A model generated the notes under the pieces. It did no database searches. It saw only the letters and a program-made list of their open reading frames with translations, and was not told where the DNA came from. The position numbers were made by a program, and so were the translations under genes. Shown piece after piece: positions 17,980 through 26,941 of a DNA stretch of 64,000 nt; within the stretch, counting starts at the first letter, position 1; each line of letters opens with the position of its first letter. The stretch lies in NCBI GenBank assembly GCA_040901675.1, contig JBBDYJ010000025.1:322937-386936 (forward strand). The letters run 5' to 3'. The stretch is from Pirellulales bacterium (lineage in GTDB: Bacteria > Planctomycetota > Planctomycetia > Pirellulales > JAICIG01).

Positions 17980-19962
17980 ATGCTTCTTAGCGAGGATCAT
18001 GCTGAAACCCTACCGGGGATCGATGACCTCATTGACGGTCTGGCCGAACTCTGGGAAGAGACCACAGGCGACGAGAAGGTATGCATTGCCATTCTGGATG
18101 GTCCCGTTGATCTCACCCATCCAAGCTTGGCGGGAGCGGATTTCACCGAGATCGACACGCTTGCCTCTGGCGCAGCTGCGAGCGGCCCAGTTGCTGAACA
18201 TGGGACTCAGGTGGCCAGCGTGATTTTTGGGCAACATGTCGGCCCCGTAAAGGGAATCGCGCCGAAATGCCGTGGCTTGATTGCCCCCATTTTCACCGAC
18301 GTGGTTGATGGCGTTCCATTGCCATGCTCGCAAATTGACTTGGCTAGGGCACTCCTCCAGGTGCTCCAGGCCGGAGCAAAGATCATCAACATCAGTGGAG
18401 GGCAGTTTTCACCTTCAGGCACCGCTCACCCCGTCCTCACTGATGCAGTTCGGACCTGCGTGCAAAACGGTGCTCTCATCGTCGCGGCCGCTGGCAACCA
18501 AGGGTGCGATTGTCTTCACATCCCTGGATCACTGCCTTCCGTCTTGGCTGTTGGGGCGATGAATGCTCAGGGAGACCCGTTGCCGTTCAGCAATTGGGGG
18601 TCTGCCTACCAGGCCCAGGGGATCCTGGCTCCTGGCGAAAACATCCTGGTGGCCGTACCTGGCGGAAGAACAGATACGGGCAGCGGAACGAGCTTTGCCA
18701 CCCCTATCGTGACAGGTGTGGCTGCCCTGTTGCTGAGTCTTCAGCTCAAACGTGGGCAGAGGCCAGACGCGGCGGCTGTTCGCGAGGCCCTCCTCCGGAG
18801 CGCCTTGGGTTGCGATTTCCAGCCCACCGCCGAGTGTGAGCGACTCTTGGCGGGTCGGCTTGACGTTAACGGAGCAGTTTCGATAATCAACCTCGGAGAA
18901 CGCATTATGACGAGTACGACGACACAAACCGAGTCAATGCCCTCGATTGCGCCCACGGAGAATCCTAAGGCGAACGATCATGTCAGGCCGGGGAGCATTC
19001 CGGTTAGCGCGGCCCAGGTCGAACTTATTGAGCGAGCATCCCCACCCACACCAACAACCACGTCGCGGAGCGAGCAACTGCGAGCAGATATGGGCATGAT
19101 TGCCCCATCCGCATGCGGTTGTGGGGGAGGCGCCTCTTCGCCTCAGCTAGCCTATGTCTTGGGACAACTTGGTTACGATTTAGGCACCGAGGCGCGCCGG
19201 GATTCGTTCATCCAAAACATGAATGAGCCTGCGCCAGAAACTCGTGGGAATCCGTACGATCCCAAGCAACTTCTGAACTACCTCCAGGACAATCCGTTTG
19301 GCGCTGCCTCGCTCATCTGGACGCTCAACCTGGACGCTACGGTGATCTACGCCGTGATGCCGAGTGGGCCGTATGCCAGCGAAGCATATCAGCGTCTCCG
19401 CCAGTTTCTCCAGGAACAACTTACGGAAGGCGTCGAACGCATTTCCATTCCAGGAATCGTTGCGGGTAAAGTCCGGCTAATCAACGGGCAGGTTGTCCCG
19501 GCGATTATTCCGGAGATTCGGGGCATGTGCAGTTGGACAACTGGGGCACTGGTTCAAGCAGTTATCGGCGCCCCTCTCCCCGACTCAGCAACTGAGTCGG
19601 ACAAGCATGAAAGAACTGTCCGAGAAAATAGCGTTCGCGAGTTTCTGGACCGCATTTACTTCGAGCTTCGTAACCTTGGCACCACGCCCCAGGATCGTGC
19701 CGTCAACTACGCTGGCACGAATGCCTTCAACATCGATAAGGCGTTCGAATCGGCCGCCAAAGAAGATATGAACCTTGATTCGATCGAGGTCGGACGCAGT
19801 CCAATCTGTCGGCCCGATTCCGATTGCTGGGACGTGAAGCTCTTATTCTTCTTCCCGAATCGACAAGTCCAGACGGTTCGCAAGGCGTATCGATTCACGG
19901 TTGACGTGAGCGATGTCGTCCCGGTCACCGTTGGGCCAGTGCGGTCGTGGTTTGTGAGATGA
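17980..19962 (+). CDS. patA: PatA/PatG-family cyanobactin maturation protease, PatA-like (S8 subtilisin domain, linker, cyanobactin C-terminal DUF)
   Basis: Catalytic triad IAILDGP / EHGTQVAS / GTSFATP and oxyanion AAAGN. PatA-like SQIDLARA, GCDCLHIP, FSNWG..YQAQGILAPGE. DUF motifs LGYDLGTEARRDSF, LIWTLN, RNLG..PQDRAVNY, SPICRPDSDCWDV, DVSDVVPVTVG. GGAG RBS before ATG 17980 (the ORF extends to TTG 17950). Confidence 0.9.
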   Translation: MLLSEDHAETLPGIDDLIDGLAELWEETTGDEKVCIAILDGPVDLTHPSLAGADFTEIDTLASGAAASGPVAEHGTQVASVIFGQHVGPVKGIAPKCRGLIAPIFTDVVDGVPLPCSQIDLARALLQVLQAGAKIINISGGQFSPSGTAHPVLTDAVRTCVQNGALIVAAAGNQGCDCLHIPGSLPSVLAVGAMNAQGDPLPFSNWGSAYQAQGILAPGENILVAVPGGRTDTGSGTSFATPIVTGVAALLLSLQLKRGQRPDAAAVREALLRSALGCDFQPTAECERLLAGRLDVNGAVSIINLGERIMTSTTTQTESMPSIAPTENPKANDHVRPGSIPVSAAQVELIERASPPTPTTTSRSEQLRADMGMIAPSACGCGGGASSPQLAYVLGQLGYDLGTEARRDSFIQNMNEPAPETRGNPYDPKQLLNYLQDNPFGAASLIWTLNLDATVIYAVMPSGPYASEAYQRLRQFLQEQLTEGVERISIPGIVAGKVRLINGQVVPAIIPEIRGMCSWTTGALVQAVIGAPLPDSATESDKHERTVRENSVREFLDRIYFELRNLGTTPQDRAVNYAGTNAFNIDKAFESAAKEDMNLDSIEVGRSPICRPDSDCWDVKLLFFFPNRQVQTVRKAYRFTVDVSDVVPVTVGPVRSWFVR

Positions 19963-20021
19963 TGGCTTGAACGGCCTTTAGCAAGGTCTTCTTTTCCTGG
20001 TACACGAGGGAGAAACTTGTC

Positions 20022-20306
20022 ATGCGAATTCCTACGCAAAAGATTGGCATTACCCGAGGTCAGCGACCTGCGTCGGTAGGCACAAGTAATGGAGCAGGCA
20101 TTGAGCCTTCTTCTTGCCGGTCGGGTCCGATGTCTACCTTTACCAACTATGTGGCAAGCTGTACTTTTGGCTGTTCCGGAGACTACAGCGTCACGACCAG
20201 CGGTTCGGGGACATCTCCAGCAGCTGCTCGGACGGCTTCGGAGAATGCTGCCGTTCTTCAGGGTTGCACTATTACCAGCTACGGTACCTGTACCATAACC
20301 CCGTAG
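20022..20306 (+). CDS. Putative precursor/substrate peptide with a PatE-like leader, a GIEPS cleavage motif and a Cys/Ser/Thr-rich 64-aa core
   Basis: GGGAG RBS; IPTQKIGITR resembles the PatE leader motif LPxQxxPVxR; NGAGIEPS resembles PatE GDAGLEAS/GVEPS; 59 bp after the protease stop. Confidence 0.75.
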   Translation: MRIPTQKIGITRGQRPASVGTSNGAGIEPSSCRSGPMSTFTNYVASCTFGCSGDYSVTTSGSGTSPAAARTASENAAVLQGCTITSYGTCTITP

Positions 20307-20413
20307 TTGCAGCCGGTGTTGGCCAACTTTCGGCGTCCGGCGCATTTCCGCCGCCATCGACCGATGACTGTAGCGTCGCGCTGATTTACGCCCGAAAACG
20401 CGTCCGTGTGTCG

Positions 20414-20850
20414 TGTCAGTGGGCGCTTAAAGGAGACCAGCGCGGGGCGCTTCAAAGGAGACCAGTTGGACTAGAAAGGCATGAACTGCTCGGCTTGGTG
20501 GTTCGGCGAGATGCAACCAACGACGGAGACGGCTCATGGCGAACCAACTGGCGATGGATAAGGTCCAGGCCATCAAGAGTTTACGAGCGGCTGGCATGAC
20601 TGAGCGGCGGATCGCCCGCACGCTGGCCATCAGCCGCAAGGCCGTGCGGCGGCATTTGGGGCGGATGCGTCAAAGGAGCACAGGACACCAAAGCGCCCAG
20701 CGGCGAGCGCCCACCGGCTCCGACGATCCAAAAAATACCAAAGCACCAACCGGGTCCGACGACCTCAACAGTCACCTGGAAAGCCCGCCGGCGGAGGCTT
20801 CCCGCAGCCTCTGCCGGTGCCTACCGCGAGGCCATCCTGGCCAAGCCAAC
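20414..20850 (+). mobile_element. istA: IS21-family left end with a truncated, degenerate istA 5' region
   Basis: TGTCA terminus, tandem internal repeats GGGCGCTT(C)AAAGGAGACCAG, then MANQLAMDKVQAIKSL...RRIARTLAISRKAVRRHL (HTH) with no integrase core. Confidence 0.75.
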
Positions 20851-21491
20851 GAACTCCCAAACGCCTGGGTCATGCATAGCTTCGTAGACGATCCGCTGCC
20901 CGTTGCCTCATGTCGGAGAGGTTCGCGGGCTGAAAAACAGGTTTGAAGGGGGCTGGCCCCCCAGGTCGACTCCCAGACCGCCAGCCCTGCCGCCAGGTCG
21001 ATTGGTGCACACGCTTCCGGCCTACGGCTCGCTGCAAACGCCGAGCGACCATCCGTCGAAGAAGCCGCCTCTGCGGTGATAGCGCTCGATTGCCCCGCTT
21101 CCAGATCGGCCGATCGCCCAGCGACTGCGGGTCGGCGGCCAGTGCGCCCACGGCCGCATCGGCCAATGCGCGATGCACGCGTCCGTGGCGTGCCTCGGTG
21201 GCGTCGACAATCGACAGCGTCATCTGGTCGCCCATCGTTTCCCTCCGCGGTTTTGGCGTAAAGCGTCCGCCCGGCCCAGCGCCCGCAGGTTAGATCCCCC
21301 CAGCCGCCACCGCAAGGAAAAAAGCCGGCTTCTGGGACCGGCTAAGGATGCCATGGCGAAAGCACGGCAGATGTTTTTGGAGCCGAATCCTGTCCGGCCG
21401 TCGTGCCAGGAAGGTCCCGCTTTCAGTGCCCTCGTGGTGCAACAGGTTGATACTCCAAATCCGCACGGTCAGCCCTGGGCTGACAGAAGAA

Positions 21492-23447
21492 TCAAGGCCC
21501 GCGATAATACGTAATGAGCGGAGGATGCTGATCGTCTGTCGGCGTCATCAACCGTTCGCTCACCTCCACGTTGGCTGGTTCCGATGCAATGTACTCCTTG
21601 TCGATTATAATGATCTGTGTGCCTGCGAGTGCCCCGCGCGCCAGCCCGTAGAGGTACTGGTAGAACGCTACGAATACGTCACGGTTCACGTCTTCGCCGA
21701 TGTTCTTCATCGGCGTATCGATAATCAGGAACCGCGGTAGCGGCAGCAGCGACCGCTCTGATGCCACCTTATGGACCGCGAGGGCGTAGCAGACGTTGAG
21801 CAGCGTCTTCTTGCCACCACTTCCAGTGTTGTAAAAATCCCAACGCAGAGCTTCGTCGCCACGTGGAAGAATTGAGGGAATCCAAGTTTTCCGATTGAGC
21901 GTGACAGTATCGTCAGGACTTACGCCCGGAAGCCGAACGGCCAATAGGGCCGCCAGAAAGCTCTTCTCAATCTCCGTTACAATATCCTCTGCCGTCGTGA
22001 GGCCGCCCCGCTCCTCTTCGATTTCTCGACGGATTCGGTCCTCCTCGCCACGCAGCTTGTCTGCCTCGTCCCGGAGTTCGCGGATAGCTTCAGGCATTCT
22101 CCGCAGGCGTTCCAGGTTTCGAAGACGCTCCCCGCAGACGGCCACCTGCCGGTCCACCTCACGGGACTGGGCCAGGAATGCTGAGTCGTAGTTGTGCAGT
22201 TCCGTCGTGAGCCGATCGTCTAGATCGAGCTTGTTTCGCCGCAGGTGTTCGATCCGGTGCTCCTGCCTCTTGGCAGCTTTTCGTGCCCGCTCCAAAGAAT
22301 CCGCAAGCTCCTCAGCACGGGCCGTGAGATCCTTTCGAACAATTTCTGCAGCCGGCAAACTTTGAGGTTCGCTTGGGCCTGGTGTTCGCCCGCAAAGGTA
22401 GCAGACGGTCGCCTCCCGATCACTCTCGGCTGGTAAACGTGTGCCGCACGCTGGGCACATCTCAAATTGCACTCCGGAGAGCACGGAGGACGCTGCCTCA
22501 GTCCTCGCCAATTTGAACTTCGCGGAAACAAGCTCCGCTCGAAGTGCCTCTTGCTCGGAGACCCTATTCTGAAGATCAAGCAGGACTTGCTCTTCCCGGC
22601 CCAACTCTTGACTGAGCCTCCTTAGCTCGTTACGAAGTCCATCAACTGGATGAGCTTCGGGAACAACGCCCTCTCGAAGTCGGCCTTGTTCTTGGACGGC
22701 ACGGTCGCGGTCGGCCGACACCTCAGATATCTCAGCCTGGACGTCCGCTTCGGTGCCAAACCCGAACTGAACCAAGAACCGTTGGATCTGATCTGCGGTC
22801 GCGAGATTCGTAGATCGCTTCGTCTGCGTCTGTTCCAAACGCTCATCGAGTTGTTGCAGCCGTTCTGTATAGTAGCCGACGACAAAGCGCATTACGTCGC
22901 GGCTTTTGAGGCTAGTGAAAGGCTCCTTGAGGCGGAAGAACGTCGAGTCGAGGTGTGCCTGTTCGAGATAGCAATACCACATTACGTCTCGGAAGCTGAG
23001 CCGAATCATCGGCGAGGTTTCGTCATGCTTGCTCCTACGCACCTTGATCGGCACAACCCCAACGAGGTGGAATATCAGGTCGCTGAGATTGAAGATACTC
23101 TCGTCAAAAATCGGGTTGTTTGGGTTAGCCTGCACCGGTGCCAGTACGCTGCCGGAGACTCCATCGGGACTTGTCCACGTCACCTGCACTTGGTTCGAAC
23201 CGTGAGCCTCTCTTTCGAAAAGGACTTCCTGATCACGGATACGAGCCGCAAGAGCCACGGACACTAATTCCTGCGTCAGGGCCGTCGTTCTTTCCAGCTC
23301 ACCGCCTAAGCAAAAGTCAACGAGTCGAGCGATTGATGACTTCCCGGCACCGATCGGACCATGAAAGAAGGAAACGTGTGTGACAAACGGGATCACTTCC
23401 CGGGACTGTTTGCACTGAAGGGTTAGCGTTAGCAGCCTAATGTTCAT
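21492..23447 (-). CDS. lmuB: Lamassu/ABC-three-component SMC-like ATPase
   Basis: Walker A GPIGAGKSS, long coiled coil with a CPACG...CYLCG zinc-hook-like motif, GSGG signature, LIIDTP Walker B. Confidence 0.82.
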   Translation of the reverse strand: MNIRLLTLTLQCKQSREVIPFVTHVSFFHGPIGAGKSSIARLVDFCLGGELERTTALTQELVSVALAARIRDQEVLFEREAHGSNQVQVTWTSPDGVSGSVLAPVQANPNNPIFDESIFNLSDLIFHLVGVVPIKVRRSKHDETSPMIRLSFRDVMWYCYLEQAHLDSTFFRLKEPFTSLKSRDVMRFVVGYYTERLQQLDERLEQTQTKRSTNLATADQIQRFLVQFGFGTEADVQAEISEVSADRDRAVQEQGRLREGVVPEAHPVDGLRNELRRLSQELGREEQVLLDLQNRVSEQEALRAELVSAKFKLARTEAASSVLSGVQFEMCPACGTRLPAESDREATVCYLCGRTPGPSEPQSLPAAEIVRKDLTARAEELADSLERARKAAKRQEHRIEHLRRNKLDLDDRLTTELHNYDSAFLAQSREVDRQVAVCGERLRNLERLRRMPEAIRELRDEADKLRGEEDRIRREIEEERGGLTTAEDIVTEIEKSFLAALLAVRLPGVSPDDTVTLNRKTWIPSILPRGDEALRWDFYNTGSGGKKTLLNVCYALAVHKVASERSLLPLPRFLIIDTPMKNIGEDVNRDVFVAFYQYLYGLARGALAGTQIIIIDKEYIASEPANVEVSERLMTPTDDQHPPLITYYRGP

Positions 23448-23991
23448 GAGTTATCTCCGCCCCTAGTCGTAAGGTCCCAATTTCGGGGAACGTGTCGTAG
23501 ATGAACTTCATCAGCTTGGTCGCACTCAGGTCTAGGTACCTCTTTAGGAGCTTTGCCCGTCTTAGGACATCCTGATTCGCGTCGTCTTGGGAAAGGCGAT
23601 CCGCGACCGTATGACCCGGTGCCGTTAGGCCGATATGGATTGTTCGACGCTCGGTAGTGACGGTGGCCAGCCCCCTGGCAACCAACAAGTTCAGGAACCG
23701 ACGATACCGGAAATCCCAGGGCCCGTAGCGAAACCGCACCATTGCGGATTCGACGCTCTTTCGTTCGTGTTCCTGAACGTGAGCGCTCGCGGGATTGGCC
23801 CCTCGCTTCGGCAGGGCACGTTCTAGAAACACCGGATACCTCAACAGGAAGTCCAGCTTGGCCAGCTTTGTCAGGCCCTCTACTGTGTCAGAACCATCCC
23901 TTCCCGAGAACGCCTTCAAAAGAACAAGAAGACGGCCAAGATGTAGATCGTCATTGCCCTCCAGGTCAGCGAGCACGTCGAATAGGCTCAT
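23437..23991 (-). CDS. lmuC: Lamassu/ABC-three-component middle component
   Basis: LAKLDFLLRYP...VESAMVRFRYGPWD.RY...LVARGL; overlaps both neighbours. Confidence 0.75.
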   Translation of the reverse strand: MSLFDVLADLEGNDDLHLGRLLVLLKAFSGRDGSDTVEGLTKLAKLDFLLRYPVFLERALPKRGANPASAHVQEHERKSVESAMVRFRYGPWDFRYRRFLNLLVARGLATVTTERRTIHIGLTAPGHTVADRLSQDDANQDVLRRAKLLKRYLDLSATKLMKFIYDTFPEIGTLRLGAEITHEH

Positions 23992-25316
23992 GTGACGGCC
24001 TCCATGGGTAAGTCAAATGCGTCACTCCACCAGAGCTTGCAGTCCTCTGTAAGGATGGCTCCCACACCCAGAAGGTGCTCGTATTTGCATCCGAAGAGTG
24101 CCGGGGCCTCCTGCCCCTGCCGTGATCGTAACCTTGCCCGAATCTCTTCAAGCATTTGGGGCCCGAAGAGACGGGATACGTCTCGGTTATGATCGTGGGC
24201 CTCCTGGCATTCGGTGCGGACCACGGTTGAGACGTGCTCATACTGGGCCCTGGCCCTGGCCTCCCCGTGCTTTTGTATCCACTGGGCAAGAAGGAACTCG
24301 GCGGATGCCTTTTGGTCCTTGGCCAAGTCGATGTTAGAAAGTGACAGGCCCCCAGCCGCCAGTTTGAGCTCAAGCCGCCTCATGCCCTTCGGAAACTGGT
24401 CAAGGGATACGTGGCCACTGGTACAAAGCGTTGGCAGGGCTTCGAGCGATTCCTGAAGAACGCTTAAGAGGCCATCTTTGGTTATCCGTTTGCCCGAAAT
24501 GGTTGCTTCAGCCTTCATCTTAGATGGGTTAGGCCAAAGTGCCAGGTATCGCTCCCTCGGGTCCGCGTGGGCCAATGCTGCTGCCGCGAGCATTGCGTCG
24601 ACCAGGGCAGCAGCTGTTCGCTCCAGGTCAGAGTAAAACCGGTCTCCGATAGCCGAACACGCCCTCAGTTGACGAATCAACGCGGGCCAGATGTCGTTGA
24701 GCCCCGGCAACGTGTCGAAGCGCACTTTTTTTAGGACCGACTGTGCCAGATTGAAACGTGACTCCTCGGTCTCCCCTGGAACCGCAGGATTGTCGCCCCC
24801 AGGGTCACCCGACCCGTCGCCGTTCGAGCACGACGGTGAATCAGGCGCCTTCTTTGACTTACGAATGCACAGTTTCTTGAGATACGTGACGAGGGTGGGT
24901 TCAACACCGGCGTTCGAGTTTCTTGCCAAGTCACGGAGGTGTGGAAGATTGCTCCCGTTTTTCCTTTCTCGCCAGAACCCTGTTGTGCTGCCCAGCACAT
25001 ACCGGGCAAAATGGCTGGGGAACCTCTGGTCCGCAACGATGAACCGACGCACCGCAGAAACGACTTCTTGATCGCCCGCCTTGAGTGGCTCCCCGCCAAC
25101 CTGTCGCGTCTTCACTTGGTAGCCGATGAACGTGCCGCACCGTTGACGAAGTAGAATGTCCTCATGGTGTTCGCAGAAGATCTCCTCGATCTGAGCATCG
25201 TCGTCCAGGATTGACAGGGCAAGAAGTGCTGCCTGCGTCGCCTGGTAACGAAACCGGCGCTGCGTGTCGTCACCGGGGTCATCGGCGCTTTGCACTCTAT
25301 CGGGCGACACGCTCAT
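23988..25316 (-). CDS. lmuA: Lamassu effector: Cap4-like (DUF4297) dsDNA nuclease plus a C-terminal ABC-3C domain
   Basis: DPGDDTQRRFRYQ, EHHEDILL, YQVKT (PD-(D/E)xK-like); C-terminal LELKLAAGG...LLGVGAILTEDCKLWWS. Confidence 0.82.
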   Translation of the reverse strand: MSVSPDRVQSADDPGDDTQRRFRYQATQAALLALSILDDDAQIEEIFCEHHEDILLRQRCGTFIGYQVKTRQVGGEPLKAGDQEVVSAVRRFIVADQRFPSHFARYVLGSTTGFWRERKNGSNLPHLRDLARNSNAGVEPTLVTYLKKLCIRKSKKAPDSPSCSNGDGSGDPGGDNPAVPGETEESRFNLAQSVLKKVRFDTLPGLNDIWPALIRQLRACSAIGDRFYSDLERTAAALVDAMLAAAALAHADPRERYLALWPNPSKMKAEATISGKRITKDGLLSVLQESLEALPTLCTSGHVSLDQFPKGMRRLELKLAAGGLSLSNIDLAKDQKASAEFLLAQWIQKHGEARARAQYEHVSTVVRTECQEAHDHNRDVSRLFGPQMLEEIRARLRSRQGQEAPALFGCKYEHLLGVGAILTEDCKLWWSDAFDLPMEAVT

Positions 25317-25394
25317 ACCGTTAGCTCACTTCAGAGCCGCTGCCGCGGTCATGGCCGCAAGACGTCTGACTGCGTCAGGGCCCGGGGTCGATTT

Positions 25395-25727
25395 CTACTC
25401 GTCGGTTGTAGTCGGTTCAGCCGTGTGAAACCCAAACTGGCTACGCATGTCCTGGCGCTTCTGTTCGTCCATACCCAGCTTGCACACCTCGGCGAGGAAC
25501 CCATAGACCTGCTCGGGGTGTCGTATTCCGAGCTTTTGGATCGTGGTCAGCAAAGCTCGGTCGTCGATTTGGCCGAGCAGTTCAGCGAGGATCAGGTCGA
25601 TGCCGCGGTCCAGGATGAACTCGACACAGGGCTCGACCTCGAGCTGGTCCTCGATGACGGCTTCGACGACCTGCTTGAACTGGCTCATCCGAGCGTGGAG
25701 TTCGTCGGAAATCGTGACTTCGGTCAT
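25395..25727 (-). CDS. Hypothetical protein (110 aa) between hsdS and lmuA
   Basis: AAGGAG RBS before ATG 25727; starts 11 bp after the hsdS stop; globular, helical composition. Confidence 0.65.
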   Translation of the reverse strand: MTEVTISDELHARMSQFKQVVEAVIEDQLEVEPCVEFILDRGIDLILAELLGQIDDRALLTTIQKLGIRHPEQVYGFLAEVCKLGMDEQKRQDMRSQFGFHTAEPTTTDE

Positions 25728-25738
25728 GGCGCTCTCCT

Positions 25739-26941
25739 TTACAGCTCTGCTCGAAACGCGCGGTCGAGAATCGATGGGAGCGTTGCGTCCAACTCGGCCC
25801 GGACCTTTCCACCCTCGCCGATTGATCTCTGGATGTGCGCTTGGAGTGCCCCGAGGCGAGCAATGATCGCTCGCTGTTCCGCAAGGGCAGGCAGCGGAAC
25901 CGGTATCGTTTTGAGTTGCTTGGCACTGATCCCAATATTCCCGGCCGTTGTTGTGCAAAAGGCCTCGGTCGCTTCCCGGCCAGCCGGACTGTTCATGGCC
26001 AGGCAGACAAACTCAGGGAGGACTCTGGTGGCGTCGACCCGAAATCTGATCAGCTTGTCGGGGTAGACTCGGTCGTCCTGTTGCTCTTGCCGGTAAAGGG
26101 AGAATCTTCCTACGTAGTGCAGGTTGCCGTTAAACCGACAGGCCAAGAGGTCTCCCTTCCGGAGTCTGTACATTTCGAGTTCCTTGGTGCCCACCTGCAG
26201 GTACCTGACGTCGTGTTCGTCGACAGTCGCATCGCGCCGGGACGTTCCAGCGCTAATTCTCAGGATCGGTACTCCGGGTGGACTATCGGATGGCCGGACC
26301 CCGAGACCGTTACGAGAATCTTCAGTCAACAGGTTACCAAGCGGAATCGTGGGCCACCGTCCTTCGCTAAAGAACTCCACAGCCGCCCGCGCGAGAAGCA
26401 CCGACAGTTCTGCGTCGGCTTCCGCCCGTAAGCGTTTTGCCTCCTTGATCTTGGCGGCCAGGGGATCGAGCTTCTCGACGAGCCGCTGTTGCTCCTTCGG
26501 TGGCGGCAAGGGGAGCATGTAAGCCAGCACATGGCCCGGCCTGATTGCTGCGTAGTTTGTCGTTCCTTGGGCGGAGACCTGCTCGAAGAAGGCTGGCGTT
26601 CGGATGAAATAGGCCAAAAATCGACGGTCGATCTTCGCCTCATCAATGCTAAACAGGAAGTAGTGGCTGCTTACGATAGCCCCCTCGAGTTCCTGCGGGA
26701 CGATTCCGTAACCGCCGAGCTTCGCATCGATCTCCGCGACAAGCAACTCCCCGGCTCGGCAAACCTGCTGTTTCTTCGTCTTGATCTCCGAGCCCTGCAC
26801 CGTGTCACGTAAGACCAGCCCCTGGGCGTGCAACTGGACACGGCATCGTTTGTACGTCTGGAGGTCGTCGATCTCGATGAATTCCTTCCGGTGCGTTAAC
26901 ACGTCCCGGAGCGGCACAAGTGGCCACTTGCCGTTGTTCAT
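25739..26941 (-). CDS. hsdS: Type I restriction-modification specificity subunit
   Basis: Two TRD-plus-conserved-helix halves (WPLVPLRDVL...LPPPKEQQRLVEKLD; WPTIPLGNLL...LPALAEQRAIIARL...SILDRAF); 4-bp overlap with hsdM. Confidence 0.9.
   Translation of the reverse strand: MNNGKWPLVPLRDVLTHRKEFIEIDDLQTYKRCRVQLHAQGLVLRDTVQGSEIKTKKQQVCRAGELLVAEIDAKLGGYGIVPQELEGAIVSSHYFLFSIDEAKIDRRFLAYFIRTPAFFEQVSAQGTTNYAAIRPGHVLAYMLPLPPPKEQQRLVEKLDPLAAKIKEAKRLRAEADAELSVLLARAAVEFFSEGRWPTIPLGNLLTEDSRNGLGVRPSDSPPGVPILRISAGTSRRDATVDEHDVRYLQVGTKELEMYRLRKGDLLACRFNGNLHYVGRFSLYRQEQQDDRVYPDKLIRFRVDATRVLPEFVCLAMNSPAGREATEAFCTTTAGNIGISAKQLKTIPVPLPALAEQRAIIARLGALQAHIQRSIGEGGKVRAELDATLPSILDRAFRAEL

Noticed and set aside
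17980..19962. Protease as a PatG macrocyclase
   Set aside because: The segment between the catalytic Asp and His is short, with no helical insertion. There is no N-terminal oxidase domain, and the precursor has no AYD-type follower.
20850..21480. Short ORFs between the IS21 stub and lmuB as extra RiPP precursors or tailoring genes
   Set aside because: No leader motif, RBS or recognisable domain; they look like decayed fragments.
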